53,651 bases of DNA from a virus (taxonomy: Duplodnaviria > Caudoviricetes): positions 1 to 53,651 of the IMG/VR virus record IMGVR_UViG_3300050343_000116, one strand, 5' to 3'. A program made the position numbers and the translations under genes. Positions 1-10,186 of the stretch are shown one piece after another (within the stretch, counting starts at the first letter, position 1; each line of letters begins with the position of its first letter). The notes beneath the pieces were generated by a model. That model ran no database searches, was not told the origin of the DNA, and was given only the letters and a program-made list of their open reading frames with translations.

Positions 1-361
1 AATGGGTATCCCGTCTCGAGGAGCTGGGAGAGTCGGCAGAGAAGGACGCCGACAAACTGAGGGCCATCGAGGGGCTGTTCAAGGCTGAAGGCTGGCTTGC
101 TCCGGAACAGAAAGAAATTACGACCTTTGAGTCTTCTTTTTTGGCGGATTTGGAGCTTGACGACGAGGAAAATGGGCCGGGCTTGCGGGCGGACAATTTG
201 CTGGTGGTCGACTTTGGTAGCGATAACAACGACTTAGGCGATCAGGACTGAACCTTTGCTAGGTTCGACTCCTTGAATCCATCAGATCCAGAGGTCGTGC
301 GGTCGGGTATGGGGGGGGGATAGGCGTCAGGCGGGGGCGCTGTCAAACACTTGGTACCATG
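1..361. repeat. Direct terminal repeat, left copy
   Basis: 1-361 matches 53292-53651 except one G in a homopolymer (9 G vs 8 G); contains the 3' end of terS. Confidence 0.97.
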
Positions 362-530
362 TAGGCCTATGCGATGAGTAGAACGACATTTTCTATTTTT
401 GCGGGTACCCCCCACCCATCATATTTAGGGGGGGCGGTGCTTATGAGAGTACCGACGCTAAAAAACTTGCAATATATGCACGAGAATTAGACGATCTGCA
501 CCATAACTTCATGTAGAGGTTGAAAAAACG

Positions 531-785
531 ATGGCTACACCACGTAAAGGCAAGGCAAAAGTGAAGGTCACGGCCTCTGGGAAGAAGGTTTCCTATGGGC
601 AGGCAGGCAAAGCCAAGGGTGGCGGTCCTCGTGTTAAGGCCGGAACTAAAAAAGGTGACAGTTATTGCGCCAGATCGCTCGGCATTAAGAAGGGATTGTC
701 TAAAGACAAGCAGAATGATCCCAATACCCCTAACAATCTATCTAGGAAGCGCTGGAAATGCTCTGGCGCCAAATCGAGGAAGTAG
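531..785 (+). CDS. Small highly basic phage protein
   Basis: 84-aa Lys/Arg-rich ORF with SYCARS and RKRWKC motifs; GAGG RBS upstream. Confidence 0.75.
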   Translation: MATPRKGKAKVKVTASGKKVSYGQAGKAKGGGPRVKAGTKKGDSYCARSLGIKKGLSKDKQNDPNTPNNLSRKRWKCSGAKSRK

Positions 786-787
786 TA

Positions 788-982
788 ATGGATAAGTTAC
801 GACAAGCATTTAAATCTCGCACAGTGCAGTACGGGGCGGCTCTCGCGTGTCTTTCGGTGTTACAGGGTTTCGTAGGCTTTCTGCCGGCTAATCCTGCAAT
901 CCAAGCGATGTTCGGCTGCGCTATAGCCACCGGCATTGTGGTGTTGCGATTTATGACTACTCAGCCGGTTGGTAGCAAGTGA
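788..982 (+). CDS. Putative holin-like small membrane protein
   Basis: MDKLRQAFKSRT start, two hydrophobic segments, C-terminal LRFMTTQPV; close to a candidate endolysin. Confidence 0.55.
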   Translation: MDKLRQAFKSRTVQYGAALACLSVLQGFVGFLPANPAIQAMFGCAIATGIVVLRFMTTQPVGSK

Positions 983-1167
983 AAAAAGCTAAGCCCAAGT
1001 CGAAAGTAAATTCGGCGGGCAACTACACGAAGCCAACCATGAGGAAGCGTCTCTTTGAGAAGATCAAGGCCGGTAGTAAGGGTGGCAGCGCTGGGCAGTG
1101 GTCAGCAAGGAAGGCGCAGATGCTGGCTAAGGAGTACAAAGCTAACGGCGGAGGCTACAAAGACTGA
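979..1167 (+). CDS. DUF5872-like protein, N-terminal half
   Basis: YTKPTMRKRLF...KGGSAGQWSARKAQMLAKEYKANGGGY motif. Confidence 0.65.
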   Translation: MKKAKPKSKVNSAGNYTKPTMRKRLFEKIKAGSKGGSAGQWSARKAQMLAKEYKANGGGYKD

Positions 1168-1433
1168 TGAAGCGGATTCCTCTGGCTCTAATTCTGCTGG
1201 CTCAGGGTTGCACATGGTACGGAGAGTTTGAGCATATCTCGAGCATACCTAACGGCACTCCTTTTAATTCTCGGGGCGAAACTTCCACCGACCTTATTTG
1301 GACCGGCATAGAAGTTGAAAAGGATGGCTGGAGTGCGGACGTAGCTGTCGGATACGAGACTTCGTCAGAGCTAGATGGGCGCAATCCATACGGCAGGATC
1401 AAAGTGAAAAAGGATCTGAAGACATGGCCCTAA
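1167..1433 (+). CDS. Putative small lipoprotein
   Basis: MKR plus hydrophobic core plus AQGC lipobox-like site; beta-strand-like mature region. Confidence 0.55.
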   Translation: MKRIPLALILLAQGCTWYGEFEHISSIPNGTPFNSRGETSTDLIWTGIEVEKDGWSADVAVGYETSSELDGRNPYGRIKVKKDLKTWP

Positions 1434-1678
1434 AAAAATCCCAGAAGAGCCTGAAGAAGTGGACTGCTCAAAAGTGGAAAACTAAATCGGGAAAGCCGTC
1501 GACGCAAGGCTCCAACGCGACAGGCGAGCGGTACCTGCCTGAGAAGGCCATAAAAAGCCTCTCAACAAAAGAGTATGCCGCGACTACCCGTAAGAAGCGG
1601 GAGGACACCAAAGCCGGCAAGCAGCATTCTAAGCAGCCCAAGCGGGTTGCAAACAAAACCAAACAGCATAGGAAATAG
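1424..1678 (+). CDS. DUF5872-like protein, C-terminal half
   Basis: QKSLKKWT...GERYLPEKAIKSLS...TRKKR motif. Confidence 0.65.
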   Translation: MALKKSQKSLKKWTAQKWKTKSGKPSTQGSNATGERYLPEKAIKSLSTKEYAATTRKKREDTKAGKQHSKQPKRVANKTKQHRK

Positions 1679-1683
1679 CGACC

Positions 1684-1806
1684 ATGATGAAAACATGCAG
1701 CAGTTGCTCTACTGAGGCTAAGTGCAAGAAGGCCGGCAAGTGTATGAAGAAGGGTTTACCTAAGCGTGGCCGACGTGCCGCAAAAAACAAGGCTTATAAA
1801 AAGTAA
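1684..1806 (+). CDS. 40-aa Cys/Lys-rich peptide (not in ORF track)
   Basis: MMKTCSSCSTEAKCKKAGKCMKKGLPKRGRRAAKNKAYKK; fills the gap between neighbours; AGGA RBS upstream. Confidence 0.6.
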   Translation: MMKTCSSCSTEAKCKKAGKCMKKGLPKRGRRAAKNKAYKK

Positions 1807-1807
1807 G

Positions 1808-2215
1808 ATGGATATAACGATCGAACGCTTTTGCTATCACCCTAAGGGCACTCTCGGCGTCTGTACTGTCGCTGGCGAGACGTTCTACACAATAGAACGC
1901 CCTTGGTTAGATAACGCACCAAACGTCTCCTGTGTCCCTACAGGCAGTTACAGCATGACGTGGAGAGAAAGCCCCCGCTTCGGCTGGACTTGGATGCTCG
2001 AAGATGTCCCGGGCCGAACTTATATTTTAATACACGCAGCCAATTACGCGTCAGACGTACAGGGTTGCATCGGTCTTGGTACTAGCTTAATGGGAGATCG
2101 AGTAGCCGTTAGCAATAGCCGAAAAGCGGTTGCAGCGTTTGACGAGCTTACTCAGGGGGAGTCGTGTCAGATACACATAAGCGATGCATTACATGCCGCA
2201 TTGAAAAACCACTAG
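1808..2215 (+). CDS. DUF5675 family protein (L,D-transpeptidase-like, candidate endolysin)
   Basis: TLG...TIERPW...CVPTGSY...VPGRTYILIHAANY..DVQGCIGLG motifs. Confidence 0.75.
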   Translation: MDITIERFCYHPKGTLGVCTVAGETFYTIERPWLDNAPNVSCVPTGSYSMTWRESPRFGWTWMLEDVPGRTYILIHAANYASDVQGCIGLGTSLMGDRVAVSNSRKAVAAFDELTQGESCQIHISDALHAALKNH

Positions 2216-2655
2216 GCGAATTTGATGTCAGGAGAAATGCCTGTCAAAGCTGTCGAGTAATCCAAAGAAGAAGATCTGCGGTAAAGACGACGACGTCGTG
2301 GTTAAGGCAGAGGATCGTTGTTGCGAAGAAACGCGCCATAAAGCGCAGCATGGATTTTTCTGATGACGTGACAATAGATTATCTTATCAGCCTTCTCGCC
2401 CGTCAGGACGGATTGTGCGCGCTTACAGGGGTACATATGACTCACGGCGGAGGCATGGCGGACACGGCGATGAGCATTGACAGAATAGATAGCGGCATCG
2501 GCTACATACCCGGCAATTTACAGCTGGTATGCCACCGAGTAAACGTAATGAAAATGGATATGCCTGACGACCAGCTGTGGTGGTGGGCAAAAAATCTGGT
2601 GACCCATGACGAACGACGAGAAGATCATACAAGCAGCGAAGAAGCTGAAGACTAA
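2164..2655 (+). CDS. Zn-binding HNH-like endonuclease
   Basis: CxxC...CxxC, CALTG, SIDRIDSGIGYIPGNLQLVC...N motif; directly upstream of terL. Confidence 0.75.
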   Translation: MSDTHKRCITCRIEKPLGEFDVRRNACQSCRVIQRRRSAVKTTTSWLRQRIVVAKKRAIKRSMDFSDDVTIDYLISLLARQDGLCALTGVHMTHGGGMADTAMSIDRIDSGIGYIPGNLQLVCHRVNVMKMDMPDDQLWWWAKNLVTHDERREDHTSSEEAED

Positions 2656-4198
2656 CTTCCCGTTATATGCGAAAAATATCCTGCGAATTGTCAACAAAGA
2701 GGGAGCGATAACCCCTTTTGAGTTGAATGCAGGCCAGCGATGGATGCACCAAACCCTCGATAATCAGTTAGAAAAGCAGGGAAACATCCGCGCATTGGTT
2801 TTGAAAGCGCGCCAAACAGGCATATCCACCTACACGCAGGGCAGAAACTTCTGGAAAGTGACGCAAAATCGAAACGCTAACGCGTTTGTACTGTCGCACC
2901 TCGCAGAATCAACTAACGCTATTTTTAATATGGTGCGCTACTTCTATGACAACGTCCCACATCCGGCATTCAAACCGCCGCTGGCTAGTCAGTCGGCGTC
3001 AACTCTCGTCTTCGATGAAATCAACTCGCGCTACAGGGTTGGTACGGCACGGTCTACACAGACAGGACGAGGACAAACAAACAGATTCGTCCATGGATCA
3101 GAGGTCGCCTTCTACCCCCAAGGATCAGACATAGTCGCTGGTCTACTTCAGACGGTGGGAGGCAAGAACACTGAAGTTATCTTAGAGAGCACAGCCAACG
3201 GTGCTGGGGGCTGGTTTTACGATCAGGTGATGAAGTCTCTTCGCGGTGAGTCAGAGTGGATTACCTGCTTCATACCTTGGTATTGGATGCCAGAGTATAG
3301 AAAGAAGCCCTCGCCATACTTCGTCGCGACCCCAGAAGAGTATGAGCTTGCGCAAAAATACAATCTCGATGATGCCCAGCTCTCTTTTAGGCGCGCCAAA
3401 TTAGACGAATTAGGCGGAACTGATTTGTTCGGCAGGAGTATCCCAGCACCCCGCTCGAAGCATTTTTGACCTCCGGAAGATGTTTCGTAGAAGAGAGCGC
3501 AATATCTCAATGCGAGACTAATTGCTACACCGCAGACTTCAAGGGAGACATCATCGATGGCAACCTGATTGAGCGAGAGCATGGCAACTATCAAGAGTGG
3601 TATCCGCCACTTCGAGAAGAGAACTACGTTATCGGGGTGGATGTTGCGGAAGGTCTCGCCTACGGCGACTACAGCTGCGCTCAAGTCCTAGACTCAATGG
3701 GAAATCAGGTGGCGTGCTGGCACGGACACATTGATCCTTTCGATTACGGCGCCTTAGTGGCAATGCTCGGGAAGCGATTTAACAGTGCATATGTAGTAGT
3801 AGAGCGGAACAACCACGGTTTAGGCTACCTTGAGAAAGATGCAAGACTTAGGCTACTCCAATCTATTCGTAGAAAGCTCTGTCGATGGCGCTTATGGCGA
3901 CAGGCTGACTAAGCGGGGCGGATTCTTAACTACCAGCAAGACTAAACCTCTGATCGTTGACAACCTCGCAACCCTTTTAAGACAGGGCGAAAGTGGCGTT
4001 GCTGACATTGAATTGTTAAATGAGTTGCGTACTTACATCATTGATGATAAAGGAAGTTACAATTCTCAGAATGGATGTTATGATGACAGGGTGATGGCTT
4101 ATGCTATTGCCTTGCATGGACTTGCTTCTATGCCGAGACCTCGGCACCGGACTATACAGAAACGTTTTAAATCGTTAGATCCTGTGACGGGTTATTAA
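2606..4198 (+). CDS. terL: Terminase large subunit (split by two apparent indels near 3430 and 3825)
   Basis: LKARQTGIST Walker A, HGSEVAF Walker B, ESTANG, GVDVAEG...DYS, VERNNHG, DDRVMA across three consecutive ORFs. Confidence 0.93.
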
Positions 4199-4201
4199 TC
4201 T

Positions 4202-6187
4202 ATGCATGAGCTAGAGTACGAAGGCGAAGAAGAGCAGCTTGAAAAGGAGCCAGACGGCTTGCAGGCGCAAAGCATGCAGAGTCTGGGGTCTCGGCTCGCC
4301 GGAACCTTTCAAGAATATAAAGACGCTCGTAAGGAAACTGAGAACGAGTGGCTGAAAGACTTGCGCCAGTATCAAGGGATCTATGAGCCTGAGGTTCTTG
4401 CGCGACTAAACGAAGCGTCTGGTGCTCGATCTAAAGTTTTTGTCGGCTTAACCCGAACCAAGGTTATGGCTGCCTATTCGAGAATCATTGACCTCCTTTT
4501 TCAGCACGGCGATGTTTTCTTCTCTGTAGACCCTACCCCGATCCCGCAGATCGATCCTCTCAAGGCGATGCAAATGCGCCAGATGGCTATGGATCAGATC
4601 ATGATGGCTAGTGGACAAGACCCGATGATGAATCAGGACTTGGTCGAGCGCATGGAGGAGCTTGAAGAAGAGTTCTTAGAAGTTAGAGAAAGAGATAGCG
4701 AAGAAGCTGCTGAGTCTATGACTGTAGATCCAAGATCAGCTGATAGAGACAAACGCGGAGATGAAACTCAAGGAAGCATTCCTAGAGGCATGCATCTTTG
4801 GGTCGGGCGCAGTTAAAGCTGGGACAGTCCGGATAGATAGAAAGCAAAGCTACTCGAAGATGCTGGACCCTCAGACGGGTGAGCAGGCTTTTGGCACTTA
4901 GCTTGGTTGAGACGGTCGCTCCAGACGTAGAGAGCGTTAGCATTTTCGATCTGTATCCAGATCCATACTGCACTACGCTAGATGACTGCGATGGATTGTT
5001 CCGTCGTCACGTACTAACTCGCCGTCAGATGCGAGATCTAGCCGACTTACCGCAGTTTGATGCTGACATGGTCAAGTACCTGCTCAAGATTCACCGCAGT
5101 GGTAATCATACAGAAGAGGATCACGAGACAACTCGCCGCCGTATAGCTGGCATTCATGAGAACTCGGAGTCCAACCGCTTCGTTGTTATGGAGTACTGGG
5201 GCATGTAGATGGGTACGAGCTTGAAGAGCACGGAATAGAGCTAGAGGAAGATGCGGATTTATCTGACGACTACTCTGCCTGCGTTTGGATCTGCGACGGC
5301 AAAAGTGCTGAAGGTTATGCTAAACCCGATCACTGGCTACAAGATTCCATACCACATCTTCCCGTATGAGCGAGCACCACATCAATTCTGGGGTACTGGT
5401 GTGCCTCGAATGATGCGTGACTCTCAGGGAACCATGAATACCGCAACAAGAATCTGGCTAGACAACATGGCGTTGTCATCCGGTCCTATGGTTGAGGTAA
5501 ATACAGACTTGCTAGCAGCAGGAGAAGACCCGACAGACATCCACCCTTGGCGAGTATTTCTCCGAGAGGGTGGAGACGGATCTATGCCTGCTGTTCGATG
5601 GTATCAGCCGGTGGCGAATGCCAATGGCTTGAACCAGATTGTGGAGATATTCCGACGATTTGCAGATGAGACTACGTCTCTACCTAGCTACACGCACGGC
5701 GAGCAGACCCAAGGGCTTAACAAGACAGCCACAGGAATGTCGATGCTTATGGGCGCAGCAAATATCGCCCTAAAAAGCACGATAAAGAACATTGACGACT
5801 TCCTCATTGAGCCAATGATTGAGGCGCTGTTTCACTTCAACATGGAGTTCGGAACAAACGAGAAGTCTAAGGGTGACCTGCGGATTGTAGCGCGAGGAAG
5901 TACCGCTCTTAGTACAGAAGGAAGTGCAAAGTCAGCGCTTACTTCAGTTCTTGTCTCTTGTTGGCGAGGATCCCAATGGAGCAGTTAAGCGAACTCAATT
6001 ACTGCGTGACATCGCCCAAAGCATGGACATTGATCCCGACGAAATTATTAAGACTGAGGAGCAATTAGCTCTTGAACAGCAGCAACAACAACAGTTACTC
6101 CAAGCTCAAATGCAACAGGCAGCAATCGCAGGCGATCCTGCGGCTCAGGGCAACGCCGGAATGGGAACTCCTGCAGGATTTAATTAA
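4202..6187 (+). CDS. Portal protein (several apparent indels)
   Basis: Position after terL; PYHIFPYE..PHQFWGTGV, DETTSLPSY...KTATGMSMLMGAA, Gln-rich tail. Confidence 0.85.
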
Positions 6188-6357
6188 AGCCCGCTATGAG
6201 AGTGCCCAAGCATTATTAGAGAGAGCAGACGAAACGACATTTTAGGTTTGAGCAAGGACGGCTCCTAGAGCTTAGATTCATGCTTGAACTTGAAGAAGCG
6301 GCAAAAGCCGTTCTAGACAAAGCGCGGACCCCTAAGAGGATATCCGCAATAGACTAA
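6102..6357 (+). CDS. Small post-portal head protein overlapping the portal 3' end (start uncertain, one indel)
   Basis: Alternate frame reads ...QAILRLRATPEWELLQDLIKARY...FEQGRLLELRFMLELEEAAKAVL; typical position between portal and scaffold. Confidence 0.4.
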
Positions 6358-6391
6358 CGAATATCCCCTTGTGGGACTCGAAGGAAAAACG

Positions 6392-7311
6392 ATGTCAAAG
6401 AGAAATGACCCAGCGCGACTGGAAGCTGAAGCGAAAGAACTGTACGAGCAAATGACTAAAAGCAGGACTGAAACCCCAGAGGTCGATCAACCTCAAGAGG
6501 ACACTTCAGAAGAGCCGGAAGCGTTGCAAGTAGAAGCCCCCGAGCCTACGGACACGGTTGAAGTTCAAGCGGATGAGGACGCAGTAGAAGAGTCAGAACG
6601 CAGCGAGGACTCGGAACTGAAGTTGGCTTTGGAAAAAGCCGAGAAAGCTATGAAGGGCGCACAGGCGAGAATGACCAAAGCGACTCAAGAAGCAGCTGAC
6701 TTGAAGCGTTAAATTCGGATTTGATGCAAGCTGTTGGCGATCTTAAAGGTCAACTGTAGAGAGACAAAAAGACAATGAGCAACTGGCAGAAAATCCGGGA
6801 GGATTATCCCGACATAGCTGGCCCGCTCCTTGACGAGTTAAGTCGAACCCAAGCAGAAGTTTCAAGCACCAAAGATGCCTTGGCAGCTGAAGAACGCAGA
6901 AGTACAGGAAGTTGCAACACAAGCGCAGGCCGAGCATTTCGACCGAATCCGAGCGATTCATCCCTGATGTAGATCAACTGATCGAAACCGCGGACTGGAT
7001 TAATTGGCTGGAGGTTCAAGATCCTCGAGACGCAAGACTTGGATGGAACGCGGATCTTCTAACGATGTGAACATGCGTTCTTGACGCGGTTTAAGGTTGA
7101 TATGGGCATCAACCACCCACGCCGCAAGAGCAGGCTCTCGAGAAAGCAAGGAAGGTTGCAGAACCTAAGATGCCAAAAGCTCGGAAGTCACTAATACTGG
7201 TGGAAAGAAATACTTGGACTGTGGAAGAGATTAAGCGGATGCCGAACGAGACTTCGAGAAGCATCAATGAGATACTTAAAAGCCATGGAACAAGGATCGA
7301 TCCGCCGTTAA
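6392..7311 (+). CDS. Capsid scaffolding protein (fragmented by indels)
   Basis: Acidic N-terminus, coiled coil, REDYPDIA, ends KAMEQGSIRR; directly upstream of capsid. Confidence 0.7.
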
Positions 7312-7336
7312 TTAATACTCTTGTGAGGAATTAAAA

Positions 7337-8192
7337 ATGTCTTTTTCACAATTTTCAGCACGGGTGCTACATCTGAAGTAAACTTTATCCCAGAGGTGTT
7401 TTCAAAACTCCTTCAGGCTAAGTTTTACAAGCAGTCTGTACTGCCCGCAATTTCAAACACTGACTACGAAGGCGAGATCTCTGGTCAAGGCGACAAGATC
7501 GTTGTAATCCGAACCGTACCCGCTGTAACGATCAACGACTACGCTGGTACTGTGTCACTACTCAAGAGCTGACTACTGCCAAGGTCGAGATGTTGATCGA
7601 TAAGGCTAAGTACTACAGCTTCAAGGTAGACGACGTATTGGCAGCTCAGGCTGACATCAACATGCTCGAAGCTGCATCTACTGATGCTGCTGAAGGTATG
7701 CGTATTGCAGTTGAGACTGACGTAATGTCTTCTGTAACTGGTGCTACTACTATCGGTGCTCAGACTACAATTACTGCGGGCAACATCTTGGCGACATCTT
7801 GGGCTGTCTAAGACTCTGGATGACCTGAACATCCCAGAAGAAGGTCGATTCATCGTTTTACCTCCTCGATGATCAGCTTGCTCAAGCAGTCTGAGCTGCG
7901 TCAAGCGTACTTGACTGGCGACTCTACTTCTCCTCTGCGTAACGGTTGGTTGGAATGGTTGACCGCTTCAAGGTTTTCCAGAGCAACATGGTCTACACCC
8001 CAGCAGGGCGCAGACGCTGGCTACACCCACGTTCTTGCTGGTCACCCAAAGCGATGTCATTCGCGTCACAGTTCACTAACACTGAAACTGTCCGCCTTGA
8101 AAGTCACTTTCGGCGATCAGGTTCGTGGCTTGAAGGTGTACGGCTCTAAGGTCATTACTCCTGACGCATTGTGCGTTGGTAAGTGGACTTAA
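7337..8192 (+). CDS. Major capsid protein, P22-coat-like (fragmented by indels)
   Basis: NFIPEVFSK...ISNTDYEGEISGQGDK, LIDKAKYYSFKVDD, FGDQVRGLKVYGSKV; GAGGA RBS; followed by terminator. Confidence 0.88.
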
Positions 8193-8207
8193 GATCGACT
8201 AATGATT

Positions 8208-8232
8208 GGGGGAGGTTTTCCTCCCCCTTTTT
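8208..8232 (+). terminator. Rho-independent terminator after capsid gene
   Basis: GGGGGAGG-TTTT-CCTCCCCC then TTTTT. Confidence 0.85.
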
Positions 8233-8243
8233 AGCGAGACATT

Positions 8244-8564
8244 ATGAAAAAAGCTAACACGAAGAAAGACGAAGCTTTTTATTCAAGCCAAGGAGACTTT
8301 GGCGTGAAGCTGGATAGAAGGTTGACGTTGGCGCAGCTAGAAGAGCAGTTGCAGCAATTAGCTAAAAACAAGGCTAACCCACAGCCAGTCGAGAAAGAAC
8401 TAGTCCCAAAGCGGGTTAAGAATGTGATTACCGGCAATGAATTCGAGTACAACCCGATATTCAAAAACAACCCCGATTTACAAATAATTGAGTGGGAGAC
8501 TGACAATGGCGACAACAAAGGTAGTAGATATTTTAGATCGGGCTGCAATTATTCTTCAGGATAA
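8244..8564 (+). CDS. Hypothetical virion-associated protein
   Basis: ORF between capsid and adaptor gene. Confidence 0.55.
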   Translation: MKKANTKKDEAFYSSQGDFGVKLDRRLTLAQLEEQLQQLAKNKANPQPVEKELVPKRVKNVITGNEFEYNPIFKNNPDLQIIEWETDNGDNKGSRYFRSGCNYSSG

Positions 8565-9183
8565 TACGAACGTCCGGTTTCCAAACGACGAGCTTTTAAA
8601 GTTCTTTAACGATGCACAAAAGGAAGTAGTACTTCACCGACCAGACGCGAAGATGGTTAACACCACTTATGCGTGTGTTGACGGCAGTAAGCAGACTCTC
8701 CCGAGCGCAGCGTTACGACTAATTGAAGTGGTAAGAAATGTGGGTGGTCGAGCCATCACGCAGGTACAGCGCCGCATCCTAGATGAGACTCTACCTAACT
8801 GGCACGAGACAACAGCAGGGACAAACAAGATCGAGCACTTTGTTTATGACCCCGCCGACCCCAAGAATTTTTACGTTTACCCTAAGGGTGCAAGCGGAAC
8901 GCATTCTCTCGAGATTGTTTATAGCTCCGCTCCTCCTGAAATTTCAGTATCTAACTTCGCTACTGATGTTCAAGTGATTAGTCTGGATGACGTATACGCA
9001 AACTGTATATTGGACTATGTGCTGTACCGTTCATATCAGAAGGATTCTGAGTTCGCAGGAAACGCACAGCGAGCAATGATGCACTATCAAAGCTTTGCTA
9101 ACGCTCTAGGGGTTAAGACTCAGGCTGATGGCGCTACAACGCCAGTGCCAAATACTCCTGATAGGAACGCTGGGAGAGCTTAA
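8506..9183 (+). CDS. Head-tail adaptor-like protein (DUF6682-like)
   Basis: ILQDNTNVRFPNDELLKFFNDAQ...DYVLYRSYQKDSE; GGGAG RBS. Confidence 0.7.
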   Translation: MATTKVVDILDRAAIILQDNTNVRFPNDELLKFFNDAQKEVVLHRPDAKMVNTTYACVDGSKQTLPSAALRLIEVVRNVGGRAITQVQRRILDETLPNWHETTAGTNKIEHFVYDPADPKNFYVYPKGASGTHSLEIVYSSAPPEISVSNFATDVQVISLDDVYANCILDYVLYRSYQKDSEFAGNAQRAMMHYQSFANALGVKTQADGATTPVPNTPDRNAGRA

Positions 9184-9806
9184 TGAAATACTCAGACCTC
9201 AATGTTCACATCCGAACCGAAGTTCAGGGTTGCCCTGACTTCATCATAGAGCGTGCAGTTCGTGATTCAGCGATTGAATTCTGTCGTAGGACAGACGTTT
9301 ACATCCCTGAGCCAGAGTTCGTTATTGTGATCGGCGGGGTCAACGAGTATTCCGTTACTATCCCAACCGGGACCGAGCTTAATCACATCATCGACATCTT
9401 TGATAACCATAGGGCGTTGCAGCCAATTAGTTATAACGAGCTGCTGCGCCGTCTTGGCGATGAAACAGAAAGGGGCAAGCCTGCATATTACTCACAGCGT
9501 GATAACGCAGAGTTTTTTGTGGCACCCATACCTAATGACAGCGACTCCATTCGAGTCGTTTATTCTGTAAAGCCGACTTCAACCAGTACCAGCATCCCCG
9601 ACACTATCGGTAAAGAGTATCGAGAGGCTCTCGTTCATGGTGCGTTGTTTAGGCTGCAAATGATGGCTGGGCATCCGTTCACAAATCCCAACATGGCGTC
9701 GGTTAACAAGAACCTCTTCGAGCGTGAAGTGGGTCGCACTACCCGTCAAGTTAAGTATGGATTTTCTGGCGGCACGCTCACATGTAAAGCGAGGGCGTTT
9801 ATCTAA
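9183..9806 (+). CDS. Tail adaptor/connector protein
   Basis: VQGCPD...AVRDSAIEFCRRT...ALVHGALFRL; synteny. Confidence 0.6.
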   Translation: MKYSDLNVHIRTEVQGCPDFIIERAVRDSAIEFCRRTDVYIPEPEFVIVIGGVNEYSVTIPTGTELNHIIDIFDNHRALQPISYNELLRRLGDETERGKPAYYSQRDNAEFFVAPIPNDSDSIRVVYSVKPTSTSTSIPDTIGKEYREALVHGALFRLQMMAGHPFTNPNMASVNKNLFEREVGRTTRQVKYGFSGGTLTCKARAFI

Positions 9807-10180
9807 TGGCTTACATAACGACTATCGATCTTGTTCAGGGCGACCAGTTGCCCGAGATAGAGCTGACCTTAAAAGACTCTAACCAAGCCGCTGCGGGTCT
9901 AACTTTAGACACAGACGACCCGTCAACATTTGCGGCGCTTACTCTTTCTGGTGGCTCTGTAAGAATGCGTCTACGCAAGGTTGGCCAGACCGCATTGATT
10001 GACACGCTTGTTGGAACTATTACTGACGGCTCCGCCGGCAAGGTCACTTTTGTTTTTGACAGCGACACTCTAGATACAACAGGCGTCTTGGAGGGTGAAA
10101 TAGAATTTACTGACTCCGGGAGCAGAACTCAAACTGTGGTTGATCTAATTAAGTTTAAAGTTAGATCACAATTCGGGTAA
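9806..10180 (+). CDS. BppU N-terminal-like structural protein
   Basis: LVQGDQLP...GKVTF...GEIEFT pattern. Confidence 0.5.
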   Translation: MAYITTIDLVQGDQLPEIELTLKDSNQAAAGLTLDTDDPSTFAALTLSGGSVRMRLRKVGQTALIDTLVGTITDGSAGKVTFVFDSDTLDTTGVLEGEIEFTDSGSRTQTVVDLIKFKVRSQFG

Positions 10181-10186
10181 AGACAT

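Noticed and set aside
258-281. GGTTCGACTCC T-loop-like motif followed by CCA
   Set aside because: No D arm, anticodon arm or acceptor stem can be built, so it is not a tRNA
3400-8300. Many frameshifts in terL, portal, scaffold and capsid, suggesting pseudogenes or programmed recoding
   Set aside because: Essential genes with intact motifs, clustered single-base indels and a homopolymer discrepancy between the terminal repeats point to long-read consensus error
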